Origin: an uncultured Planctomycetota bacterium | Lineage (GTDB): Bacteria; Planctomycetota; Planctomycetia; Isosphaerales; Isosphaeraceae | DNA length: 64,000 nucleotides | NCBI GenBank assembly: GCA_963823665.1 | Contig: CAWGMQ010000004.1 | Span: forward strand, 640,001 to 704,000 | Direction: 5' to 3' | Shown here: positions 10,698-19,782 of the stretch, piece by piece | Layout of the letters: the number at the start of each line of letters is the position of its first letter | How positions within the stretch are numbered: position 1 is the first letter of the stretch | Program-made: the position numbers and the translations under genes | Notes under the pieces: model-generated | What the model was told of the DNA's origin: nothing | Databases searched by the model: none | Seen by the model: only the letters and a program-made list of their open reading frames with translations

Positions 10698-10941
10698 CTG
10701 TGAGCAGATGTTGTCATGCCAAGAACAGCGAGAGTAGCACCGGGGGGCTTTGTCTATCACGTCCTGAACCGATCGGTCGGCAAGATGCATATGTTCCGCA
10801 AGGAGTCCGACTTTGGGGCGTTCGAGCAAGTGATGGTTGATGCTCAACTGCGGCAACTTGGTCGGTGGAACGGCCGGCGAGCTGGATGGCTCGCGTCAAC
10901 GCTCCTTTGACCACGAAGGAATTAGACCGAGTGCGGGTGAC
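10698..10941 (+). mobile_element. Internally deleted, 3'-truncated copy of the RAYT transposase element
   Basis: MPRTARVAPGGFVYHVLNRSVGKMH... is near-identical to the N-terminus of 14461-15159 and joins directly to the WPVERPA..WTARVNAPLT-coding segment. Confidence 0.88.
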
Positions 10942-10942
10942 T

Positions 10943-12034
10943 TCAACGCACAACCTTCTTCAACTCGGGTAGCGCCTGTTGGAGTTTCATCACCCCAGCG
11001 TCCGTGACGTTGGTGCCGGTCAGCACCAGCGTGTGGAGCTTAGTGCTCTGTTTCAACCATTCCAAACCAGCATCACCGACAGCCGTGTTGTTGAGCTTGA
11101 GAACCTGAAGGCCGTCCAAGGCGGCAAGATGAGCGAGACCCGCGTCCGTGATCTTCGTGTTGTCCAGGTGCAGGAAGACGAGCTTGGAAATCCCGCGCAG
11201 GTGGACCAGTTCCGCATCGCCGACGTTGGTGCCCGTCAGCTCGAGCCAGCCTAGTTCGGTCAGGCTGTGCAGGTGCCGCAGGCCTGCCCCGCTGATGGCT
11301 GTGCCTTCAAGCCCCAGGAAAGTTAGATGCGCCAGGCCCTTCAGATGTTCCAGACCGGCGTCGGTGATCTTGGTCCTTTCCAATGAGAGCTGTCCAAGGT
11401 TGCTCAGGCCTTCGAGGTGAGCTAACCCAGCGTCGGTGACGGCGGTCTGGCCGAGAGCCAGGACATTCAGACTCGGCAGCGATTTCAGGTGAATTAGCTC
11501 ATCGTCACCGAATCGTGATCCGTACAGCAACAGTTGTTCTAACCGAGAAAGCCTGGTCAAGTGCTGCATGCCGCCCGCACCGATCTGGGAGTTAAATATC
11601 TGTAAATTGCGAAGCTCGGCCAGCCCTGCCACCGGCGCCAGCCCTGAACCCGTGATTCTCGACTTGCGCAAAATCAACAACTCGAGGCTCTTGAGCGCCG
11701 CCACTGGCCGCAAGTGCTCGTCGGTCGCTCCGCGTGCCAGATCGGCTTCCGCGATATGGGCGAAGTAGTTGGGTCCGAGGTTCTTGAGCAGCCATTTCGG
11801 CCACGCAGGCTCTCCGCCCGAAATAAAGTGCCCATCCGCGAAATCCCACTTGTACTTGACGCTACCGCCCGCCCGTTCAATCGCCGCCACCGCCTCGCGC
11901 TGAACCCTCGCGCGATTCACGACCCACCCCAACCCACCCCCCAGCACCAGCACAGCGACGATCAGCCCACGAACGCTGATCCGCATGTACTTGCGCCAGG
12001 GCCGCGCCACGGCGGCTAAAGGCATGATCGCCAA
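10943..12034 (-). CDS. Leucine-rich repeat protein with N-terminal membrane anchor
   Basis: RISVRGLIVAVLVLGGGLGWVV anchor followed by about ten 24-aa L.L..T.VTDAGL.HL..L repeats. Confidence 0.92.
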   Translation of the reverse strand: MAIMPLAAVARPWRKYMRISVRGLIVAVLVLGGGLGWVVNRARVQREAVAAIERAGGSVKYKWDFADGHFISGGEPAWPKWLLKNLGPNYFAHIAEADLARGATDEHLRPVAALKSLELLILRKSRITGSGLAPVAGLAELRNLQIFNSQIGAGGMQHLTRLSRLEQLLLYGSRFGDDELIHLKSLPSLNVLALGQTAVTDAGLAHLEGLSNLGQLSLERTKITDAGLEHLKGLAHLTFLGLEGTAISGAGLRHLHSLTELGWLELTGTNVGDAELVHLRGISKLVFLHLDNTKITDAGLAHLAALDGLQVLKLNNTAVGDAGLEWLKQSTKLHTLVLTGTNVTDAGVMKLQQALPELKKVVR

Positions 12035-12057
12035 GGTCTGGGTCCTCTAAAACGATC

Positions 12058-12291
12058 CTAATCGTCCACGGAAAGCCGTCTCTTCAGCCAACGGGCCAGA
12101 ACGACCGAAACAACAGCCAGTCCAATCAGCTCGAGTCCGATGGTTCGCAGCCACATCAGGCTGCGGGAACGCTGCGCATCGGCGAGCGACGACACGTAAA
12201 TCGAGCCCGCCCCAAGCGCAACCAGCGCGAGCACCAACACGCCGAAGAAAACCCTCACCCGCTCCCAGCGCTCCGCCCGCGAGTTCCTCAT
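12058..12291 (-). CDS. Small two-helix membrane protein
   Basis: Two hydrophobic stretches, gaggtg RBS-like sequence before the ATG, co-oriented just upstream of the LRR gene. Confidence 0.5.
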   Translation of the reverse strand: MRNSRAERWERVRVFFGVLVLALVALGAGSIYVSSLADAQRSRSLMWLRTIGLELIGLAVVSVVLARWLKRRLSVDD

Positions 12292-12707
12292 CGCACCTCA
12301 AGATCAACAACCAAACAATCCCCAGCCAATCAACGCTCCTAATCCTAATCTTAATCTTAGTCTTCGTCCCGGGGATGCCCAGTCGTCCAGGGAGTGAGAC
12401 ACCCAATCTCTGGAGTGCGTTCCAGGCGAAGCCAGGCATACGTGACTCGCAACAGCGCGCGCCCCGCGATTGCTGGGTGCATCGCGGCCGGCGCCGTGCG
12501 CAGCCGGCGCTGCGCCATGCGCGGTGAGCAACCGGGTGCGGCCGGGTACGTGGCCGGCGCTTGCACGCATCGGTTGCTGCGAACCGCTCGATATGGACGG
12601 CGGTGCTTCGTCGCTTGCCGCGCCGGCGAAGGAAACGACGCAGTCTGGCCTCGAATCCAATTGAATTCCGCGTCTGCCGCTGCGACCAGCGCTAGCGAGC
12701 GAGCCGC

Positions 12708-13270
12708 TTACCTACAGAAACGCGACCTGCGCGGCCGCCTTGCCCTGAAACCAGCGCCGTGAGCAACGCGGTGCGGTGCGCACAAGCGAACTCGCTCGAC
12801 CTGCCGCTTGTTTGAACATGCGACCGAAGTCGCGCACCGTGTCCACCCGATTTGATCGATCCAGACCCAGCCGGTCCAGGATGGGAGCCAAGTCGTCTGG
12901 GATTGCCCCACGCTTGTCGCGCCGCAGTTCCCGGCCCGTCGAATCGAATCGTCACGTTGCGGAAAGAGCTTGCGCTAGCGCAGGGCGACTTCGGCGTCGG
13001 ACCATTGTTCGACACAGTCCGGTCGATTGCGGTGCACGAGATGCAGGTTGTTGATCGTAATATCATAACCGCACACCTTAATGCCGGAGAGTCCGGCGAG
13101 CTGGCGCAGCCGATCGAGAATCCAGACCGTACGGTGAGAGTAATCACGACCGGAGTAGGAGTCGGTGCCGCATAGGAAGGCTCGTCGGACGCAGCGAGCG
13201 ATGCAGTGATAAACGCCGACGCACTCCTCGTGGACGATGTGGCGACGCGCAGAAGCAGGCACGTGAGGCT
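12708..13270 (-). pseudogene. Degraded Y1/HUH (IS200-like, RAYT-related) transposase of a second subfamily
   Basis: GVYHCIARCVRRAFLCGTDSYSGRDYSHR..WI and NNLHLVHRNRPD (decayed NHxH motif), a stop at 12975, and the C-terminal LAPILDRLGL..FGRMFKQAAG..RRWFQG segment in another frame. The middle is missing. Confidence 0.78.
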
Positions 13271-13582
13271 CCATCACCAGGCAGGTGCAGAGCCCAGTGG
13301 CGGCATCTGGACCGGATGCCAGCTTCACATGAGATCGGTCGGTGTCTGCCATCCGTGAGATCGGTGGGTCCCTGTTTCTCCTCCTCGCGTTCACGGGCCA
13401 AAAAAAATCGCGAGCGGGCTTCCGTTCCCCCGCTGGTCCTGTAGCCCGACTCTGATCGCTACTTCGTTTCCGTCCGGTGTCTGCCTGCGCGACCTAAGAC
13501 AAAGGCTGACACCGCGAAGCCCCCCCTGAGCGGAGGCGGCCTTATTCGTCCGAGCGATGCCTTTCGGTCTATGCGTCTCAGG

Positions 13583-13651
13583 ACTGAGAAGAACACCGGA
13601 ACGAAGCGTAGGCAGGTACTGAGAAGAACACCGGAACGAAGCGTGGCAGGT
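13583..13651 (+). repeat. Tandem direct repeat, 35/34 bp, upstream of the TA operon
   Basis: actgagaagaacaccggaacgaagcgt(a)ggcaggt occurs twice. Confidence 0.9.
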
Positions 13652-13708
13652 AATGCGGCTCGGAGGTAGAATAGTGTCGTCTACGGTCCGTTTCTCGAGG
13701 ACAGGTCC

Positions 13709-13969
13709 ATGGTGAAAGCCGTTGTGAGTTGTGGTGAAATCCGTCCCCTCGAGCCGTTGCCGGCTGACTGGCGAGAGGGTCAGCCGCTGCGAATTGAGAA
13801 GGCGGATTACAGCGAGATGCCGGTTGAGGAGATCGACCGGGATTTCGCCGTCCTGGCAAGTCTGTGCTCGGAGAGCGAGCCGGCGAACGAGGATCAGTTG
13901 GACCGGGCGCTGCACGAAGCACGCCGTCAAGCCAAGGAGCAGGTTCGTCGGGGCATGGGGCTCAATTAG
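13709..13969 (+). CDS. Putative antitoxin (VapB-like partner)
   Basis: 86 aa, acidic; N-terminus MVKAVVSCGEIRPLEPLP resembles the AF2212/DUF104 type; RBS gagga; the stop overlaps the GTG of the PIN gene. Confidence 0.72.
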   Translation: MVKAVVSCGEIRPLEPLPADWREGQPLRIEKADYSEMPVEEIDRDFAVLASLCSESEPANEDQLDRALHEARRQAKEQVRRGMGLN

Positions 13970-14373
13970 TGCCAGACTACCTGCTCGACTGCAACCATCT
14001 GTCGGCTGCGCTACGCAAGGTCTCGGCAGTGCGCGAGCGGATTCACCAGGGCCGCACGGCGGGGCAACGTTTCATTTCCTGCCATCCCGTTCTCTGTGAG
14101 CTGGAAGTTGGGATACAGCAGACCTCGAAGCCGGACGACATTCGCCGCCGGCTGACCCAGTTGCTGCGCCACGTGCGTTTGTGGCCCTTGGACGGCGAAA
14201 CGACCCGGCTCTATGGCGCGGACTACGTCGAATTGCGTCGACAGGGCCGCGTGTTGTCGCAGGTGGACATGATGCTCGCGGCGCTGGCGCGACAGCACAG
14301 GCTCGCCCTTCTGACCACCGATCGGGATTTTGAAGCTCTTTCGGATTTGGCCGTTGAGAATTGGGTCGTCTAG
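13969..14373 (+). CDS. vapC: VapC/PIN-domain toxin
   Basis: GTG start; YLLDCNHLS, VLCELEVG, QVDMMLAALA and LLTTDRDF are PIN acidic motifs. Confidence 0.9.
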   Translation: MPDYLLDCNHLSAALRKVSAVRERIHQGRTAGQRFISCHPVLCELEVGIQQTSKPDDIRRRLTQLLRHVRLWPLDGETTRLYGADYVELRRQGRVLSQVDMMLAALARQHRLALLTTDRDFEALSDLAVENWVV

Positions 14374-14460
14374 TCTGGCCGGTCGGAGCGGACCCAAGCG
14401 GCGAGCCCGTCGCCGGCGCAGTGCATGTCCTTTCATACCCGCTGGATGGAAACCGCGTCA

Positions 14461-15159
14461 TTAGCTTGTCGCCTCGGTCGCCGACTGGCTCGCTTTCCGT
14501 GGGCGGCCTTCGGGACGAACGGTCTGCTCCAGGCCGAGATCGCTTACCGTTTCGCGCACCCACTTCTCGTCGCCGTATGGTCGTCCCCTTTCCATGCTCA
14601 CCCGCACTCGGTCTGATTCCTTCCTGGTCAAAGGAGCGTTGACGCGAGCCGTCCAGTTCGCCGGCCGTTCCACCGGCCAAGGCGATAACAACGCTTTGAT
14701 CACATCCGTGCCGCGCGTCCTTGACCACAGGCTCCCCCACCGCCACAGTTGCGCTCGATCGACCAGCCCCGCTGATAAAGGACTCCGCTCGACATACCGC
14801 AATAGGCCCAGCAGTTGGCCGTTTCTTTGTACGGGGAAACTTTTGAACCGTCCTTGATAAAGATGCCCGTAGCCCACCGTCCGGTGCGACACGCGCCAGC
14901 GTATCGCGTGTATGTGCGCAAGCCGTCGAAAAAAGTCCGTCAATTGGCCGTCCTCGTCCGGCCACGCGACAAAATGCCAATGGTTGGATAGAACGCAATA
15001 CGACAGAATACGAATGGGTTGCCGCAGGTGAGCTTCAACCATGACGCGCTCAAACGCCTCAAAGTCGGACTCCTTGCGGAACATGTGCATCCTGCCGACG
15101 GATCGGTTCAGAACGTGATAGACAAAGCCCCCAGGTGCTACTCTCGCTGTTCTTGGCAT
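14461..15159 (-). CDS. REP-associated tyrosine transposase (RAYT, Y1_Tnp/HUH)
   Basis: YHVLNR, YCVLSNHWH (HUH), GHLYQGRFKS, RYVERSPLSAGLV (catalytic Tyr region), WRWGS, C-terminal GRPRK. Confidence 0.93.
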   Translation of the reverse strand: MPRTARVAPGGFVYHVLNRSVGRMHMFRKESDFEAFERVMVEAHLRQPIRILSYCVLSNHWHFVAWPDEDGQLTDFFRRLAHIHAIRWRVSHRTVGYGHLYQGRFKSFPVQRNGQLLGLLRYVERSPLSAGLVDRAQLWRWGSLWSRTRGTDVIKALLSPWPVERPANWTARVNAPLTRKESDRVRVSMERGRPYGDEKWVRETVSDLGLEQTVRPEGRPRKASQSATEATS

Positions 15160-15281
15160 GACAACATTTGCTAACAGAACTGAAGACGTCCGTCAATACT
15201 AATCGCGTCCCGGTTTCCGTCCCCAGCGGATGCACACGTCAACCCCTCGACTCCAGTCAGCTCATGTCGGATGCTGGTGGT

Positions 15282-17548
15282 ATGGAAACACGCCGCAAGC
15301 GGCCCTGGTGGCGTTACCTGCGTCTCAGCGTGAGGGGACTGATCGTCGTGGTCCTGGCGGTCGGGGGCTGCCTGGGCTGGTGGCTGCACCTTGCACGCGT
15401 CCAGCGGCAGGCGGTGGCGGCCATTCGGGGGGCGGGGGCTCGATCACCTACGAGTGGGATGTTCCCGGCGCTCCCAGCACGCCCGGGTGGCGCCGATGGG
15501 TGGCGGAGCATGTCGCCGTCGATCTCACAAGCAACGTCGTTGAGGCGCGGCTCAGTCCGAGCTGCGGTGACTCGGAGCTGGCCCAGGTCGCACAGTTCGA
15601 CCGTCTGGAGAGTCTGGGCGTTGGCGGCGCGAACGTGACCGACGCCGGCATGGCGTCACTGGGGAGGCTGACCCGGCTCCGGTTCCTGGTCCTTGAGAAT
15701 TGCCCGATCACGGATGCCGCGCTGGTCCACCTCGAAGCGCTGACTCGCCTTGAGTTCCTGTCACTGAATCGCACGCCGGTGACCGATGCGGGGCTGGTCC
15801 ACCTGAAGGGCCTGGTCAACCTCCGCATCCTGCAACTTGCGAGTACGCAGGTCGGCGACGCCGGCCTGGCATCTCTCGAGGGGCTCGCGAGCCTGGAAGA
15901 TCTGAGGCTGGAGCGCACAAAGGTTGGCGACGCTGGCCTGGCGCACCTCGGTCGCTTACCTCGGCTCCAGAATCTTCGGCTCGACCGTACGTGGATCACC
16001 GATGCCGGCCTGCGGCACCTCGAGGAACTCACGCGGCTCAAGGTCCTGGCGGCCGACCATACCCAGGTCACCGCCGTGGGCAAGTCGCAGATCCTCAAGG
16101 CGTTGCCGAATCTCATCATCGACATCTCCTTGCCCGACGGGACGGACGCCGCGGCAAAGGCAGAGAAGCCACCGGAGGCCGGGGGTGACGGCGGCGTCGG
16201 GAGCACGGGCCGCATCTTCACGCCGGACAGCAAGCTGGTGTATGTGAACGTCTACTCGACCGCCCCCGACGCCGACCAGAAGGACCTCGTCAACTTCGCG
16301 AACGTCGTCGTCATGCCCCGCCTCAGGCGCATCAAGGGCATGGATATCCCCAGGAACCTCGCCAGGCGCATCAAGGGCATGGATGTCCTCAGGAACCTCG
16401 CCAGCCGCCGCTCCGCCCTGCGGATCCGGTTGAACCCCGACCGCATGCGGGCCCACAACCTGTCGTCCAACGACTTCATCAAGGCCCTGACGCCGTCGAC
16501 CATCGCCGGCTCGCAACTCGACCGGGCCACGAAGACGTGGCAATCGAACGAGTACGAGCTGATTCACACCAGCCTCTACAACAAGCCGGAGCAATGGGAA
16601 AAGGTGATTTTGAAGGCCAGTCCCGACGGCGAGATCCTGCGACTCAAGGACGTCGGCCGGGTGGACATGGCCCCCCCGTTCTTCGATATTTCCACGGACA
16701 TCGACGGGCACCCGGCGACGACGATCGTCCTGAAGCCTCTGCCCGGCTGGAGCGCCGCCATCGCCATTGAGGCGCTCGAGAAGGACCTCGAGGAGCTGAA
16801 GGCGGCGGCGTTCCCTCGCGGCATGAACTTCGAGGTCATTCCGCTCGATAGCCGGGACATGATCTATGCGGTCGTCGAGACTCCTCGCTACTCGACACTC
16901 GAATACACGAGCGCCAGGTGCCACGGGCTGGGTGCTATCGCCAGGGGCATCGACGGGATCACCTCGGTCTCCTCACTGGCGGGTTACGAGCTCCGGACGG
17001 AGGACCGCGACTCGACCGCGGGGACCTGTCTCATCCATTTGAAGGATCGGTCCGACCGCAAACTGACCTCGCGCCAGATCATCGAGACGCTCGAGGGAAA
17101 ATGCCGGACGATGAATGTCGATCTCGAGTTCTTCGAGCCGCCCGCGGTGTCGGTCTTCGTCGCGGCCGGGGGATTCTCCGTACGCGTCCTGGACAAGACG
17201 AACTCGCACGGTGACGGGCGGCCCGGAAGTGGGGCCCAGACGTTGATGGATGACCTGTTGAAACGCAAGAACCTGGAGGGCCTCTTCACCTTCCTCGCCG
17301 GCCACTACCCGCGATATGAGCTGGTCATCAACAACGACGTCGCCAGGCAGCGCGGTGTGTCGATCGCGGATGCGCTGGAGAACCTACTCGTCATCATGGG
17401 CGGCGATGTCCAGGCCGAGGGGACATTCGAGAGGGTTGCCGAGGATTACTGGAATCGGTTCGTCAAGAACGGCCGCGGGGAAATGGTGCCGTACCGCTTG
17501 TTTCTGCTGCTCAGGATGAAGCAGGGATTGAACGAGAGCGGCCGGTAG
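15282..17548 (+). CDS. LRR protein fused to RND (AcrB-type) periplasmic subdomain fragments; frameshift near 15438
   Basis: METRRKRPWWRYLRLSVRGLIVVVLAVGG anchor; one extra G in a G-run joins it to the LRR frame; after the LRRs come ALRIRLNPDRM, PDGEILRLKDVGRV, DGHPATTIVLKPLPG, CLIHLKDRSDRK, GGFSVRVLD and VKNGRGEMVP, with no TM helices. Confidence 0.75.
16324..16401 (+). repeat. In-frame 39-bp tandem duplication
   Basis: Encodes RRIKGMDIPRNLA / RRIKGMDVLRNLA. Confidence 0.9.
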
Positions 17549-17725
17549 AACCCATATCCCTCCGCCGCCATTCAAGGTATGCCGGGTCGCCCCCCCTGAG
17601 GCCAGCCCGAAACCCCGAATGGGGTTGGCCGGACGCACACTCACTTTGTACCGGGAAGCTTTTGAACCGTCCTTCACCCATTGCACGTTGACGTCGGGTT
17701 GGGCGTGCGTCAGGAGGAGTTGAAA

Positions 17726-17767
17726 TGGGCGGCACAGGATTCGAACCTGAGACTTCCACTGTGTGAG
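17726..17767 (-). other. 3' fragment of tRNA-Val(CAC), probable att-site duplication
   Basis: The minus strand reads CTCACAC-AGTGG-AAGTC-TCAGG-TTCGAAT-CCTGT-GCCGCCC-A: anticodon loop, T-arm and acceptor 3' strand. No 5' half is present. Confidence 0.8.
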
Positions 17768-18007
17768 GACGACACCCACATGTGAAATCGCTTGTTTTTT
17801 AGGGGTTTCGATGTGCAAGGATCGCAAGAATTAGCGCAGATCGCAAGGATTTCCTGAAGGGATTACTGAAGGTTACAGATCGGTCGGGAATCTGGTAAAA
17901 TGCTCTCGGCGTTTCCTGATTCACGGCGGGAGGGGACGGCGATCGAGTTGGTCAGCGAACCAGCGAAAAAGGTCATCTGGCCAGGAAAATAAATCCACGG
18001 AGGAAAA

Positions 18008-18240
18008 ATGAAGACCGCTACTCTCTCCCCCGCCGCCTTGGCTCTTTTCCGGCTGCATGTTGAGCGACACGGGGACGTTGATGTAGACGTCTATCGGGAA
18101 CTCTACCGCGAGCTGGAGCGCGCCGGTTTCATGATCGTTGGCAACACGTTCGCCGGGGGCCAGGACAGCATCTACCACGTCACGAAGCTCGGCTTCGAGC
18201 GGAAGGCCGAGCTTTTGGCTTGCGCGAAAGAAGCGCGTGA
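18008..18240 (+). CDS. Small hypothetical protein (3' end uncertain)
   Basis: Strong RBS ggagga before the ATG; ELYRELERAGF..YHVTKLG resembles a wHTH wing. The ORF runs to 18547 as sequenced, but a 1-nt correction would stop it at 18240 and remove the overlap with the convergent gene. Confidence 0.5.
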
Positions 18241-18340
18241 TAGCCCGCTAGAGGCTGCGCTGGCGGAGCAATCCGTAAGTCTCGCTGCGCGGAGAGAACC
18301 GCCGAACAAACGCATCAGCCGGGAGCAAGTTGGGCGCAGC

Positions 18341-18820
18341 CTACCTCGCCCTGGCCCGATTCAATCGCCTGGCCTCGTCGCTGATCGGAAGCTTGGTCTT
18401 GGCGGCGGCCTTGACCGCATCGGCGTGCTTGCCGCCTGCCTGCAGCTCTTCGTACTCGTGCGCGATGGTTGCATCAATGCGATCTCTGAGCCTCATTCGC
18501 GGCCAAATGCGCCCGCCCTTCTTGCCTTTCAGCAGATCGGGATTTAGCACGCCTGAGTCCACCACCGCCCCGGTCGTGTTGGCGCCCCCCTTGCGCCCCT
18601 GGGGATCGAAGGCGCGCCATTGCCCATCGCCGTCATAATCCGGCTGGCCGCGCTCGTGATGGGGGATACCGAGGTCCTTCATGCGCCCGCGGACGTAGCG
18701 CTCGCCGACGTCCTCCCATTCCTGGGCGATCTGCCGGGCGTGCAGTCCCGGATCAGCGGGACGACCTCCTCGCGCCGAGGGCGGCAGCCCGAACATGCCC
18801 GGTTTCCGCTCGTCGGTCAT
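18341..18820 (-). CDS. Hypothetical protein with a zincin-like AHEYEE motif
   Basis: 159 aa; RLRDRIDATIAHEYEE...H; ggag RBS; its ATG overlaps the stop of a short upstream frame (..RMAKRQNNEKVAFVMSGLTVALQALMAVKEF..) that is cut off at the element end near 18970. Confidence 0.55.
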   Translation of the reverse strand: MTDERKPGMFGLPPSARGGRPADPGLHARQIAQEWEDVGERYVRGRMKDLGIPHHERGQPDYDGDGQWRAFDPQGRKGGANTTGAVVDSGVLNPDLLKGKKGGRIWPRMRLRDRIDATIAHEYEELQAGGKHADAVKAAAKTKLPISDEARRLNRARAR

Positions 18821-18973
18821 CGACTCCGCTCCCTACGTTCTTCGCGTAGCAGTCCTTTAAACTCCTTCACCGCCATAAGGGCCTGCAGCGCCACCGTTAG
18901 GCCGCTCATGACGAATGCGACCTTTTCGTTGTTCTGGCGCTTCGCCATGCGGTCAATTTGATCGGGGAGGACG

Positions 18974-19449
18974 GAAACGGTGACGCGATTAGTATTGACG
19001 GAAGCCTTCAGTGCTGTGAGCAGATGTTGTCATGCCAAGAACAGCGAGAGTAGCACCGGGGCTTTGTCTATCACGTCCTGAACCGATCGGTCGGCAGGAT
19101 GCAAATGTTCCGCAAGGAGTCCGGTTTTGAGGCGTTCGAGCGTGTGATGGTTGAGGCTCACCTGCGGCAACTTGGTCGGTGGATCGGCCGGCGAAGTGGA
19201 CGGCTCGCGTCAACGCTCCTTTGACCACGAAGGAATTAGACCGAGTGCGGGTGAGCATCGAAAGAGGATGACCGTACGGCGAGGAGAAGTGGGTGCGCGA
19301 AACGGTAAGAGATCTCGGTCTGGAGCAGACCGTTCGTCCTGAAGGCCGCCCACGGAAAGCGAGCCAATCGGCGATCGAGGCGACAAGCTCATTACGCGGA
19401 TTCCATCCAGCGGTCAGATTCAGAGACAAACTAATCGCGTCCGTGTTTC
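18974..19449 (+). mobile_element. Non-autonomous RAYT-derived element with inverted ends
   Basis: Contains the 5' and 3' parts of the 14461-15159 gene joined at ctgcggcaac|ttggtcggtgg. It is bounded by gaaacggtgacgcgattagt (18974-18993) and actaatcgcgtccgtgtttc (19430-19449). Confidence 0.88.
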
Positions 19450-19782
19450 GCTCCCCGCGTCCCTGTTTCGCTCCCCATAGGGTGAAGCGCGCGTTCGCAC
19501 AACGTCCGGTGCCTGATCCAAGGTAGGTCGGCTGCTGGCCGCCTGAACCGGCCTTCCGAGGCCAAAGGACGAAGACCCGAACCTCGTTCCAGGGAGATGT
19601 GTGTTTCGCGTGCGGTCGTGACATCGCGTTCGGTCCCACCGCAAGTTGGTGCCACGAAATCGTGTTCAAGACGTTCGCGCGGGTTTATACTCTGGTGGCC
19701 CTCTGTTGGCTAAGAATGAACGTGACCTGACGACTGAGCGCCGCGGCGTGAGGAGGGCGCGCGCACGTGAGGGAGACGGGAG

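Noticed and set aside
12336..12366. (TAATCY)n hexamer run as a functional site
   Set aside because: Only 4-5 degenerate units, with no further support.
13583..13651. Mini-CRISPR
   Set aside because: The two repeats are adjacent with no spacer.
17726..17800. Complete tRNA gene
   Set aside because: No D-arm, 5' anticodon stem or 5' acceptor strand upstream on the minus strand.
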